Shown here piece after piece: positions 52,213-61,505 of a DNA stretch of 64,000 bases. A program made the position numbers and the translations under genes. Where the stretch lies: the NCBI GenBank assembly GCA_963715495.1, contig OY970247.1:2132219-2196218 (forward strand). The letters are read 5' to 3'. This DNA is from an uncultured Solirubrobacterales bacterium. GTDB lineage: Bacteria > Actinomycetota > Thermoleophilia > Solirubrobacterales > Solirubrobacteraceae. Below the pieces are notes generated by a model, which made no database searches, was not told the DNA's origin, and was given only the letters and a program-made list of their open reading frames with translations. Every line of letters starts with the position of its first letter. The stretch's first letter is position 1.

Positions 52213-53421
52213 ATGAGCGTCGTGACCGACAAGCAGCAGATCAGCAAGGCCCTGGAGGTTGTGATCGACCCCGAGCTGCGACGCTCGATCGTCGAGCTCG
52301 ACATGGTGCGCTCGATCGACGTCTCATCCAACGGCGTCGTCGACGTAACCGTCTCGCTGACCACGCCCGGCTGCCCGATCAAGGGCCACTTCCAGACCGC
52401 GGTCGCGCAGGCCGTCTCAGCGCTGGAGGGGGTGACGCACTGCAACGTGTACTTCGACGTGCTCGACGACACCCAGAAGGCCGCCCTGCAGCAGAAGCTC
52501 GGGCGCGGCAGCCTTCCCGACGGGGCGCTCGCACGGGTCGCCAATGTGCTGTGCGTCGGATCCGGCAAGGGCGGCGTCGGCAAGTCGACGCTGACCGCCA
52601 ATCTCGCCGCGGCGCTGGCCGCCGAAGGCAAGCACGTGGGCATACTCGACGCGGACGTCTGGGGCTACTCGATCCCGCGCATGTACGGGCTCGGATCCAC
52701 CCGCCCACCGGTGTCGGCAGAGCGCAAGATCCTCCCGCTGGAGGCACACGGCGTGAAGGTGATGTCGATCGGCTTCTTCGTCGCCGAGGATGCCGCCGTG
52801 GTCTGGCGCGGGCCGATGCTGCACAAGGCCCTCACCCAGTTCCTGCAGGACGTCGACTGGGGCGTTCTGGACCACCTGCTGATCGACCTGCCGCCAGGCA
52901 CCGGCGACGTCTCGATGACGCTCGCCCAGCTGCTCCCCCAAGCCCGGTTCGCAATCGTCACGACTCCCCAGCCGACCGCCCAGCGGGTCGCCCGGCGCGC
53001 CGCCGAGATGGCGCACAAGGTCTCGCTCGAGATCTGCGGGATCATCGAGAACATGTCCGGCTTCACCACGCCCTCCGGCGAGCGCTTTCAGATCTTCGGC
53101 GAGGGCGGCGGTCAGGAGCTCGCCGACGAGCTCGACGTGCCTTTGCTCGGTAAGGTTCCACTGACGATGCCCCTGCGCGAGCACGCCGATAACGGTGTTC
53201 CGCTCGTGATCGAGGACCCCGACGACCCCGCCTCCCAGGCGATCCGCCACGCCGCCCGCGGCCTGATCGCGATGGCCGCGCCGGCGACGCTACCGGTCCT
53301 GCCGACGCTGCCCATCCTCCCACTGGTTCAGGTCGCCGCCGGAGCGGCAATGGCGCCCGCCGCCGCTTCCGCGCCCGGAGCGGAGCGAAAACCTGCGGGC
53401 ATGTCGCTGCCGATGGCTTAG
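52213..53421 (+). CDS. mrp: Mrp/ApbC/NBP35 Fe-S cluster carrier ATPase with N-terminal MIP18/DUF59 domain
   Basis: DPELRRSIVEL, GSGKGGVGKST, DADVWGYS, VVWRGPML, DLPPGTGD, ENMS. Confidence 0.92.
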   Translation: MSVVTDKQQISKALEVVIDPELRRSIVELDMVRSIDVSSNGVVDVTVSLTTPGCPIKGHFQTAVAQAVSALEGVTHCNVYFDVLDDTQKAALQQKLGRGSLPDGALARVANVLCVGSGKGGVGKSTLTANLAAALAAEGKHVGILDADVWGYSIPRMYGLGSTRPPVSAERKILPLEAHGVKVMSIGFFVAEDAAVVWRGPMLHKALTQFLQDVDWGVLDHLLIDLPPGTGDVSMTLAQLLPQARFAIVTTPQPTAQRVARRAAEMAHKVSLEICGIIENMSGFTTPSGERFQIFGEGGGQELADELDVPLLGKVPLTMPLREHADNGVPLVIEDPDDPASQAIRHAARGLIAMAAPATLPVLPTLPILPLVQVAAGAAMAPAAASAPGAERKPAGMSLPMA

Positions 53422-53500
53422 CCCGCGGTTGCGGGGGCCGATTTTTCCAGCGACATCCTGCTCGTTTGTCAAGCTCAACCTACTGAGAGGATCGTCGTAT

Positions 53501-55027
53501 ATGCCTGTACAGGACCAAGAAGAGGAGCAGCTGGCGACTCCACCGGACGGCGTAGTCGAGATCGACGAACGGCGTGCCAAGATGGAGCGGCTGCGCGCGG
53601 AAGGGATCAACCCGTATCCGCACGTAAGCCTGCCCGATCGCACCCTGATCGCCGAAGTACTCGCCGCGCACGATCCGTCACAGCTCGCGCAGGGTGAGCA
53701 CCCTGAGCTGCGCTACCTGCTTGCCGGCCGTCTGATCTCCAGACGCGGGCATGGCAAGACGTCGTTCCTGGACCTGCGCGACCTGTCGGGATCGATCCAG
53801 ATCGTCGTCCGTTACGACACGCTCGGCGAGGAGTCCTACGACCGGATCATGAGCCTCGACATCGGCGACATCGTCGACGTCGAGGGCTGCGTGTACAAGA
53901 CCCAGCGGGGGCAGCTGGCCCTGGAGGCGAGCGAGTGCACCCTCCTCACCAAGACGCTGCGCCCGCCGCCCGACAAGCATCACGGGCTCGGCGACACCGG
54001 CACGCGCTACCGCTACCGCGAGCTGGACCTGATCGCCAACGACGAGACGCGCGATCTGTTCGTGATGCGCGCGAGGATCGTGGCGGCGATCCGCGGCTGG
54101 CTTGACGAACGCAACTTCGTGGAAGTGGAAACCCCCGCTCTGCAGTCGCTCGCGGGCGGCGCCGGGTCCCGACCGTTCACGACGCACCACAACGCGCTCG
54201 ACCGCGACCTGTACCTGCGCATCTCGGTGGAGCTGTTCCTCAACCGCTGCATCGTGGGGGGCCTGGAGAACGTCTACGACATGGGCAAGGTATTCCGCAA
54301 CGAGGGCATCTCCCCGAAGCACAGCCCGGAGTTCACGATCATCGAGTTCATGATGGCCTACGCCGACTACTACGACGTGGCCACCGCCACCGAAGAGATG
54401 TTCAGAGACGTCGCTCAGCGGGTGCTCGGCAGGACCGAGATCCAGCGGGGCGGAGAGACGATCGACCTGGCCAAGCCGTGGCGGCGGATCACGATGCGCG
54501 AAGCGATGCTCGACGCCACCGGCATCGACTTCATGGGCGAGAACCGCGACGCCGTGACGGCTCAGATGAAGGAGGCGTTGCAGGAACGCATCCACCCGGC
54601 GACGACCTGGGCGGAGCTCGTGCTCGCCGTCTACAGCAAGCTGATCGAGCCGCACATCAACCAGCCGACGCATGTGTTCGACTTTCCCTTGGAGCCGTTC
54701 CCGATCACCAAGCGCCACGCCGAGCACCCCGAGCTGGCCGAGCACTTCGACGCGGTGATCGGCGGCATCGAGCTCGTCAGCGGCGACACCGAGCTGAACG
54801 ACCCCGTCGATCAGTGGCAGCGCTTCGTCGACCAGCGCAAGCGGCGCGCCCTCGACGACGGCGACGTGCCCCACCCCAACGACGAGGAGTACGCGCGCGC
54901 GATCGAGTACGGCTACTCGCCGACCGCCGGCGGCGGGATGGGCGTCGATCGGCTGATCATGATCCTCACCGAACGCGACACGCTGCGCGAGGTGATCCCG
55001 TTCCCGATCGTCAGGGAGCTGAGATGA
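53501..55027 (+). CDS. lysS: Class II lysyl-tRNA synthetase paralogue with anticodon OB-fold and a remodelled amino-acid pocket
   Basis: GRLISRRGHGKTSF, PDKHHGL, EVETP, RPFTTHHNALD, FRNEGIS, PEFT, ELNDP, G.G.DRL; pocket reads EFMMA, EHFD and ELVSGDTE. Confidence 0.88.
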   Translation: MPVQDQEEEQLATPPDGVVEIDERRAKMERLRAEGINPYPHVSLPDRTLIAEVLAAHDPSQLAQGEHPELRYLLAGRLISRRGHGKTSFLDLRDLSGSIQIVVRYDTLGEESYDRIMSLDIGDIVDVEGCVYKTQRGQLALEASECTLLTKTLRPPPDKHHGLGDTGTRYRYRELDLIANDETRDLFVMRARIVAAIRGWLDERNFVEVETPALQSLAGGAGSRPFTTHHNALDRDLYLRISVELFLNRCIVGGLENVYDMGKVFRNEGISPKHSPEFTIIEFMMAYADYYDVATATEEMFRDVAQRVLGRTEIQRGGETIDLAKPWRRITMREAMLDATGIDFMGENRDAVTAQMKEALQERIHPATTWAELVLAVYSKLIEPHINQPTHVFDFPLEPFPITKRHAEHPELAEHFDAVIGGIELVSGDTELNDPVDQWQRFVDQRKRRALDDGDVPHPNDEEYARAIEYGYSPTAGGGMGVDRLIMILTERDTLREVIPFPIVRELR

Positions 55028-56607
55028 GCTCCAACAAGCTCGACCTCGACCCCGGCGTGATCGCGTCTTGCCGGGCGGCCGCCACCCAGATCGCCGGGCA
55101 GGTCGCCGCGGAGATCGATGGCAAGACGACCGTCTCGGTCGAGCGCACGCTCGCGCGCCTGCTGGGCGTGGACGGCGCCAACGAGCTGGACGCGCCGCTG
55201 CCGAACGTGCTCGTCGACCATGTGCGCGACCGCGGCGAGCTGGGCAGCGGCATCGCCTACTGGCTGGGCAACGCGCTCCTGCACGACGAGTCGCCTGGCT
55301 CGCCGCAGCGGATCGCCGAGGCCGTCAACTCGGGTGAGCTCGACCTGTGCGCGCTGCCCCGTGCCCAGGACGACGCGATCCGCGAGCGGATAACCCACGA
55401 GTGCGATCGTCGGCTGGGCGAGATCGGCACGCGTATGGCCGAGCGCCGCGAGCTGCGCGAGCGTCTGGGCGAGCGCCCGCCGCCCCTGCGTTACGTGCTG
55501 ACCGCCACCGGCAACGTCTACGAGGACGTCGTCCATGGGCTCGCCGTGGCAGAGGCCGGCGGGGACATCATCGCGGTGATCAGATCAACCGCGCAGAGCC
55601 TGCTCGACTACGTGCCGTACGGCCCCACGACCGAGGGCTACGGCGGCACGTTCGCCACGCAGGCCAACTTCCGGATCATGCGCACCGCGCTGGACGAGTT
55701 CTCCGAGCAGCACGGCCGCTACGTGCGCCTGTCGAGCTTCTGCTCGGGCCTATGCATGCCGGAGATCGCCGCGATGGGCGCGATCGAGGGCTTTGACAAC
55801 ATGGTCAACGACGCGCTGTACGGGATCCTCTACCGCGACATCAACCCCGTCCGCGGCCTGATCGACCAGCGCGTCTCGCGGATGGTCAACGGCTGGTTCG
55901 GGGTCGTGATCAACACCGGCGAGGACAACTACCTGCGCACCGCCGACGCAATCGAGGCGGCGCCGTCGGTGACCGCCTCGCAGTTCATCAACCGCCAACT
56001 CGCCCTGGACTCGGGCGTGCTCGACGAGCAGATCGCGCTCGGCGACGCGTTCGAGATCGACCCCCCGATAGTCAACAGCCTGCTGTTCGAGTGGGCCCAG
56101 GCGCAGCTCACGCGGGAGCTGTTCCCAGACTGTCCGGTCAAGTACATGCCCCCCACGCGCCACATGGACGGCAACCTGTTCCGTACGCACGCCACCGACT
56201 CGCTGTTCAACCTCGTGACGGTCGCCACCGGACAGGGCATCCAGACGATCGGGGTGCCGACCGAGGGGATCTTCACACCCCACGTGCACGACCGCGTGAT
56301 CGGCCTGGAAAACGCCAACTACGTGTTCGACTCCGCCCGCGACCTCGGCGAGGAGATCGAGTTCAAGCGGGGCGGCATCGTCCAGACGCGCGCCCAGGAG
56401 GTGCTGGCCGGGGCCCACGAGCTGCTGCAGCGGATCGCCGACATCGGTCTGTTCGCGGCGCTCGGGGAGGGCGTGTTCGGCGATGTCCATCGCCACGCCG
56501 ACGACGGTCGCGGGATCGAGGGGATCGTCGAGACCGATGCCGGCTACCTCAACCCCGCGACCGAGCTGATGAGGGGAGCATCATCGTCGTCGCCGAGCCA
56601 TGTCTAG
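55024..56607 (+). CDS. kamD: Lysine 5,6-aminomutase alpha subunit (PLP-binding TIM barrel)
   Basis: TTVSVERT, ATGNVYED, IRSTAQSLLDYVP, SGLCMPEIA, NDALYGIL.RD, NTGEDNY, KYMPPT; ATGA overlap with the LysRS paralogue. Confidence 0.92.
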   Translation: MSSNKLDLDPGVIASCRAAATQIAGQVAAEIDGKTTVSVERTLARLLGVDGANELDAPLPNVLVDHVRDRGELGSGIAYWLGNALLHDESPGSPQRIAEAVNSGELDLCALPRAQDDAIRERITHECDRRLGEIGTRMAERRELRERLGERPPPLRYVLTATGNVYEDVVHGLAVAEAGGDIIAVIRSTAQSLLDYVPYGPTTEGYGGTFATQANFRIMRTALDEFSEQHGRYVRLSSFCSGLCMPEIAAMGAIEGFDNMVNDALYGILYRDINPVRGLIDQRVSRMVNGWFGVVINTGEDNYLRTADAIEAAPSVTASQFINRQLALDSGVLDEQIALGDAFEIDPPIVNSLLFEWAQAQLTRELFPDCPVKYMPPTRHMDGNLFRTHATDSLFNLVTVATGQGIQTIGVPTEGIFTPHVHDRVIGLENANYVFDSARDLGEEIEFKRGGIVQTRAQEVLAGAHELLQRIADIGLFAALGEGVFGDVHRHADDGRGIEGIVETDAGYLNPATELMRGASSSSPSHV

Positions 56608-57469
56608 TCCACCGCCCGCATCCTCCTCGCCGTCCGCATCCTCCTCGCCGTCTCCACCGTCGGCGCAGTCCGCGTCGCCCGTACAATCCGCGTCGCCCGA
56701 GCTCTCCGCAGGCTCCCGCCGAGAGGTCGACCTGGCGCAGGTCAAGCCCTATGCCGATCATCTCGGCGACGGGATCGTCCAGTTCAGCTTCACGCTGCCC
56801 GTCCCCTACGGCCTGGCGGCGCGTAAGGCCGCGCAGGAGCTGGCCGCGAAGATGGGCTTCGAGCACCCCGAGGTCGTCCACTATCAGCGCCTGACCGATG
56901 GATACACGTACTTCGTGATGTTCGGGCAGTGCACAAGCACGGTCGACTACGCGTCGCTTAGCGACGAGGGGTTCGACATCGAGTACATGAGCGAGGACGA
57001 GATCGAAGCGTTCGCGCACGAGCGCATCGGCCGCCCGGTCGTGGTCGTCGGCGCTGCCACCGGCACCGACACGCACAGCGTCGGCATCGACGCGATGCTC
57101 AACCTCAAGGGCTTCCACGGTCACCACGGCCTGGAGGGGTACAAGTCTTTTCAGACGCACAACCTCGGCAGCCAGGTGCCCAACAGCGTGCTCGTCTCCA
57201 GAGCGATCGACCTCGACGCCGACGCGATCCTCGTCTCCCAGACCGTCACCCAGCAGAACCTGCACATCTCAAACCTGACGGAACTCGTCGAGATCGTCGA
57301 AGCGGAGGGGCGGCGCCGGCAGCTGATCCTCACCTGCGGAGGCCCACGCGTATCCAACGAGCTCGCCAAGGAGCTCGGCTACGACGCGGGGTTCTCAAAG
57401 GGAACCTACCCGCATCACGTGGCGAGCTTCATCGTGCGCGAGCTGGCCGCGCGGCTGGCGGACGAGTAG
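56600..57469 (+). CDS. kamE: Lysine 5,6-aminomutase beta subunit (B12-binding), with Ser/Pro-rich N-terminal extension
   Basis: KPYADHLGDGIVQFSFTLP, DTHSVG (DxHxxG), NLKG (PLP Lys), SQTVTQ, CGGPR, GYDAGF. Confidence 0.92.
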   Translation: MSSPPPASSSPSASSSPSPPSAQSASPVQSASPELSAGSRREVDLAQVKPYADHLGDGIVQFSFTLPVPYGLAARKAAQELAAKMGFEHPEVVHYQRLTDGYTYFVMFGQCTSTVDYASLSDEGFDIEYMSEDEIEAFAHERIGRPVVVVGAATGTDTHSVGIDAMLNLKGFHGHHGLEGYKSFQTHNLGSQVPNSVLVSRAIDLDADAILVSQTVTQQNLHISNLTELVEIVEAEGRRRQLILTCGGPRVSNELAKELGYDAGFSKGTYPHHVASFIVRELAARLADE

Positions 57470-57471
57470 TA

Positions 57472-58482
57472 GTGCTGTCGGAGCTGATCGCCTCGGCGCG
57501 GAGGGTGGCACTTGTCGGTCTGGCGAAGAACACCGGCAAGACTGAGACGCTCGCGGCGATCCTGGCGGAGTACGCACAGGCTGGGCGAATCGTGGGAGTC
57601 ACCTCGATCGGCCGCGACGGCGAGGAGCACGACGTGATCGACGCGCGCATCGATAAGCCGCGGATCAATCTTCAGGCGGGCAGCCTCGTGGCGAGCACGG
57701 GGGCGCTCCTACGGTCGAGCGGCGTCGCGCACGAGCGGCTGGCACAGACCGGGATGAGGACCCCACTTGGTGAAGTCGTCGTCGCCAGGCTCTCGGAGCG
57801 GGGGGCCGTCGAAGTCGCCGGCCCGAGCGCAGCCGAGGACGTACTCGCCGTGAGTGAAACGATGGCGGGCCTCGGCGCCGAGCAGGTGCTGATCGACGGT
57901 GCGATCGACCGCCGCGCGGCCTCCTCGCCTGAGGTCGCCGACGGCCTCGTGATGGCCACGGGCGCGATCCTCGACGAGGACATCGAGCGAGTCGTGGCGG
58001 CTACGAAGGACGCGGTCGATCTGGTCAGGCTGCCCGAAGCCGAGGACCGCGTGCCCGAGGACGAGCGGGTCCTGCTCGCACGGCAGCTGGTCCTGAACAG
58101 CGAGCCCGCGGAGATAGCCGCGCTGCTGCGAGAGCACCCGCGAGCGAGCACGCTCGTTGCAGACGGAGCTCTCGGCGAGCGCTTTCTCGAGGGCCTGCTG
58201 ACGGCTCGAACCGAGCGGGCCGGACGCACGCTGAAGATCGTCGGCGGCGACCCGACGAAGGTGTTCCTATCGCGCCGTGGCCCAGACTGGTATCGGCGTC
58301 AGGGGCTTGAAATCGAGGTCCTGCGCACGATCGAACTGAAGGCGCTCACGGTCAACCCTGTGGCGCCGCAATCGCACCGCTTTGATTCAAAGCGGCTACG
58401 CGGGCTGCTCGAGACGGCCATCCCGGACATACCCGTCCTGGACGTGCTCGACCAGAGCTACCACGCCACGCCCGGGTCCTGA
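57472..58482 (+). CDS. KamB-like accessory protein of the 5,6-aminomutase (P-loop-like)
   Basis: LVGLAKNTGKTETL, TSIGRDGE, TPLGEV, VEVAGP, IDGAIDRRA..SP.VADG..ATGA; this family sits next to kamDE in lysine-fermentation clusters. Confidence 0.72.
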   Translation: MLSELIASARRVALVGLAKNTGKTETLAAILAEYAQAGRIVGVTSIGRDGEEHDVIDARIDKPRINLQAGSLVASTGALLRSSGVAHERLAQTGMRTPLGEVVVARLSERGAVEVAGPSAAEDVLAVSETMAGLGAEQVLIDGAIDRRAASSPEVADGLVMATGAILDEDIERVVAATKDAVDLVRLPEAEDRVPEDERVLLARQLVLNSEPAEIAALLREHPRASTLVADGALGERFLEGLLTARTERAGRTLKIVGGDPTKVFLSRRGPDWYRRQGLEIEVLRTIELKALTVNPVAPQSHRFDSKRLRGLLETAIPDIPVLDVLDQSYHATPGS

Positions 58483-58536
58483 GCCGGTCCGATCCGGCGT
58501 TGCACGTGCGGGCGCGGGGGCCGTCGACGTGAAGAC

Positions 58537-58806
58537 CTACTTGTTGGCGTTGGCGAAGTAGTCGGAGTTGATCTGGGAAAACTTCTGCCACTCCTCCGGG
58601 AGCTGGTCCTCGGCGAAGCACGCGTCCACCGGACACGCCTCGACACAGGCGTCGCAGTCGATGCACTCCTCGGGGTCGATGTAGAGCATCTCGGCGGCGT
58701 CGTATCCAGGCTCGTCGGGCGTCGGGTGGATGCAGTCGACAGGACACACCTCGACGCAGGAGTTGTCCTTGGTGCCGATGCACGGCTCGGCGATCACGTA
58801 GGCCAT
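58537..58806 (-). CDS. fdxA: Dicluster (7Fe-type) ferredoxin
   Basis: YVIAEPC..KD.SC.EVCPVDCI; IDPEECIDCDACVEACPV. Confidence 0.92.
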   Translation of the reverse strand: MAYVIAEPCIGTKDNSCVEVCPVDCIHPTPDEPGYDAAEMLYIDPEECIDCDACVEACPVDACFAEDQLPEEWQKFSQINSDYFANANK

Positions 58807-58867
58807 TCGCTTCTTTCTTGGGTTGGTTTTGCGGGGTCTTCCTCGGGAGACGCATATTGTACGAAGC

Positions 58868-59758
58868 ATGCTGCTCCTTACCGGCGCGACCGGCCAGGTG
58901 GGCTCGGCGCTGCTGCGCCGGCTCGTGGACGACGGGTGCGACGTGCGCTGCCTGGTCCGCGACCCGCGCCGGCTGGGAACCCAGCGCGTGCGTGTGCAGA
59001 TCGCGCTCGGAGACCTGACCGACCCGCCTTCGTTTCGCAACGCGCTGCGGGGCGTGGACACGGTCGTGCACCTGGCCGCGTCGATCCGCGACCAGCCCGG
59101 CGGCTCGATCGAGGAGCTGAACGGAATCGCCACCTGGCGCATCGTGCAAGCCGCGCAGCGAGCCGGGGTGGGGCGGTTTGTGTTCTTCTCGACGCTCGAC
59201 GCCTCCTCCCATCACCGCACGCGCTTTCACCGGGCGAAGGCGCTCGCGGAGCAGGCTGTGCGCGAGGCGGACCTGGACTGGACGGTGTTCGCCCCCTCGA
59301 TCGTCTACACCCCCGGTGACGCGTGGCTGACGTTGCTGGAACGTCTGGCGCTGCTGCCCCTGATGCCGATGTCGGGAATGGGGCGTGCGCGCTACCAACC
59401 GATCTGGGCCGAGGACGCCGCCGCGTGCGTGATGGCGGCCCTACGCTCGCCGGCAAGCGAACGCCAACGGTACGAGCTCGCGGGCCCCGAGACGCTGACG
59501 CATACGGAGATCGTCAGGCTCGTGCTCGACTCGCTCGATCGCCCGCGTCCGCTGGTGAAGCTACCCACGCCGATCGTCTCGCGGGCGCTGCGCCTACTGG
59601 AGGCGACGATCGGCGTCGAGCGCGCGTTTGCGACCTGGGACGAGGCCGAGCTGATGGAGTGCTCGATGCTCGCACGGTCCGGTGCCGGCGACGCGGAACA
59701 CCTCGGGGTGACGCCCAAGGCGATGCGGGCCGTCTTGGATCCCGCCCACCCCGGCTGA
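58868..59758 (+). CDS. Atypical SDR / NAD(P)-binding protein (NDUFA9/NmrA-like)
   Basis: TGATGQVG, VVHLAAS, FHRAKALAE, YQPIWAED. Confidence 0.82.
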   Translation: MLLLTGATGQVGSALLRRLVDDGCDVRCLVRDPRRLGTQRVRVQIALGDLTDPPSFRNALRGVDTVVHLAASIRDQPGGSIEELNGIATWRIVQAAQRAGVGRFVFFSTLDASSHHRTRFHRAKALAEQAVREADLDWTVFAPSIVYTPGDAWLTLLERLALLPLMPMSGMGRARYQPIWAEDAAACVMAALRSPASERQRYELAGPETLTHTEIVRLVLDSLDRPRPLVKLPTPIVSRALRLLEATIGVERAFATWDEAELMECSMLARSGAGDAEHLGVTPKAMRAVLDPAHPG

Positions 59759-59857
59759 TCAGCGCTCCCTCACTCTCGACCTTCTGTTCGACCACCGCTG
59801 AAGCAGCCTCACGTACACCCACCGTAAACGCAGGCGTCCGGGCAGCGGCCGCTGGGA

Positions 59858-61301
59858 TCAGGCCGCCGTGCCCAGCGCGGGCGCCCGCCGCCCAGCCCAG
59901 GGCAATGCCTCTTCCAGCTGCGAGGCGAGCGCGAGCAGCGCGGCCTCGCCGGCTGGGCGTCCGACGATCTGCACGGCCAACGGCAGCCCGTCGTCGCCCT
60001 CGAACAGCGGCAGCGAGATCCCGGGCTGCCCGGTGGCGTTGAAGACGGGGGTAAACGGCGTGAACAGGCCGGAGCGAGTGAATGTGGACATCGGTTCGGG
60101 CGCGGCCGTGTCGAGCGTGCCCAACGGCAGCGGGCGCTCGGCCAGCGCCGGCGTGAGCAGCGCGTCGTAGGGGGACAGGAAGGAGACCAGGCGCCGCGTG
60201 TAGCGCCTGCAGCTGCACGACAGCCGCCATGCCCTGCACGGCGCCCAGTTTCTGGATCATCGAGTAGATCGCCCAGCTCATCGGCTCCATGTCCTCCTCG
60301 GCCGGCTCGCGCCCGGCGACGGCGCCGGAGTAGGCGATCGACAGCGCGATGTGGTTGGAGAACACCGCACCGAACAGCTCCTGCAAGCCCTCGATCCGCC
60401 ACGGCGGATCGACCTCCACGACCTCGTGCCCGAGCGAGCGCAGCAGCTCGGCCGCGTCGGCGACGGCCCGCGCCGCCATCGGATCGACGACGGCCTCGGC
60501 GATCGGCGCCAGCGTGGTGGCGGCGATCCGCAGCCTGCCGGGAGCCCCCGCGGCGCTCTGCGCGAACGGCTCGCTCGGCGGCGGCGCCCAGGTGGCGTCG
60601 CCCGGCTCATAGCCCGCGAGCACGTCGAGGATCGCAGCGGTGTCGGCGACGGTGCGCGTGAGCATGCCGTCGATCCCCAGCGACGAGTCGCCGAGTTCCG
60701 GTGCGGCGGAGATGCGCCCGCGACTGGGCTTGAGCCCCACCAGCCCGCAGCAGGCGGCGGGGATGCGGATCGAGCCGCCGCCGTCGTTGCCGTGGGCCAC
60801 CGGCACCATGCCAGCGGCCACTGCCGCCGCCGCGCCGCCGGAGGAGCCGCCGGGGGTGCGTCCGAGATCCCACGGGTTGCGCGTCGGCCCGAAGATACGC
60901 GCCTCGCTCGTCGGCAGGATGCCGTACTCGGGCAGCGTGGTCGTGCCCACGATCACGAACCCCGCGTCGCTTCAGGCGCCGCGTGACGTTGTGGTCGTAG
61001 TCGCACATGTTCTCGGCCATCAGCGCGCAGCCGTAGGTGAGGCGCAGCCCCTGCACGGGTCGGTTGTTCTTGATCGCGATCGGCACGCCCGCGAACGGGC
61101 GCTCATCGCCCGGGTCGATCTGCTCGGCTGTGGCCAGCGCGCCGCTCGGCGTCGATGTCGACGAAGGCGTTGAGCGCCGGGTTCAGCTCCTCGATCCGCT
61201 CCAGGGAGATCTCGACGAGCTCCCGTGCGGAGATCTCCCCTGAGCGCACCATCCCCGCCAGCTCGGTGGCGGGTGCGAAACATCAGATCGCCGTCGGACA
61301 C
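59858..61301 (-). pseudogene. Amidase-signature family protein with four +1 frameshifts as sequenced
   Basis: GGAGGAGG RBS and GTG 61301; PIAIK, GGSSGG, GNDGGGSIRIPA, FTPVFNATGQP distributed over five frame segments, with breaks at about 61279, 61143, 60970 and 60204. Confidence 0.8.
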
Positions 61302-61505
61302 GGCTCCTCCTCCGGTGTCGGGGCCGACGAGCCGGCCCGCTCGCGGCAGCCTAGAGCACCAGCGCTCGGACGTCGTCCTGGGTCCACGCGGCGACGGTTG
61401 GGGCATGTGCGGGCACGGGGAGCCGCGGGAGGAATTCCTGCGACGATATGCGCCTGCCCACAAGGCAGCCACCCCGTCAAGCAGCGAGCCCAGAAAGCGA
61501 GTGCA

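Noticed and set aside
53501-55027. EpmA (PoxA/GenX) or LysX
   Set aside because: It retains the anticodon OB-fold that EpmA lacks, has no MprF membrane domain, and no efp or epmB is adjacent.
56600-56710. Ser/Pro-rich KamE N-terminus as a functional domain
   Set aside because: It derives from short tandem duplications (GCATCCTCCTCGCCGT x2) and looks like a low-complexity linker.
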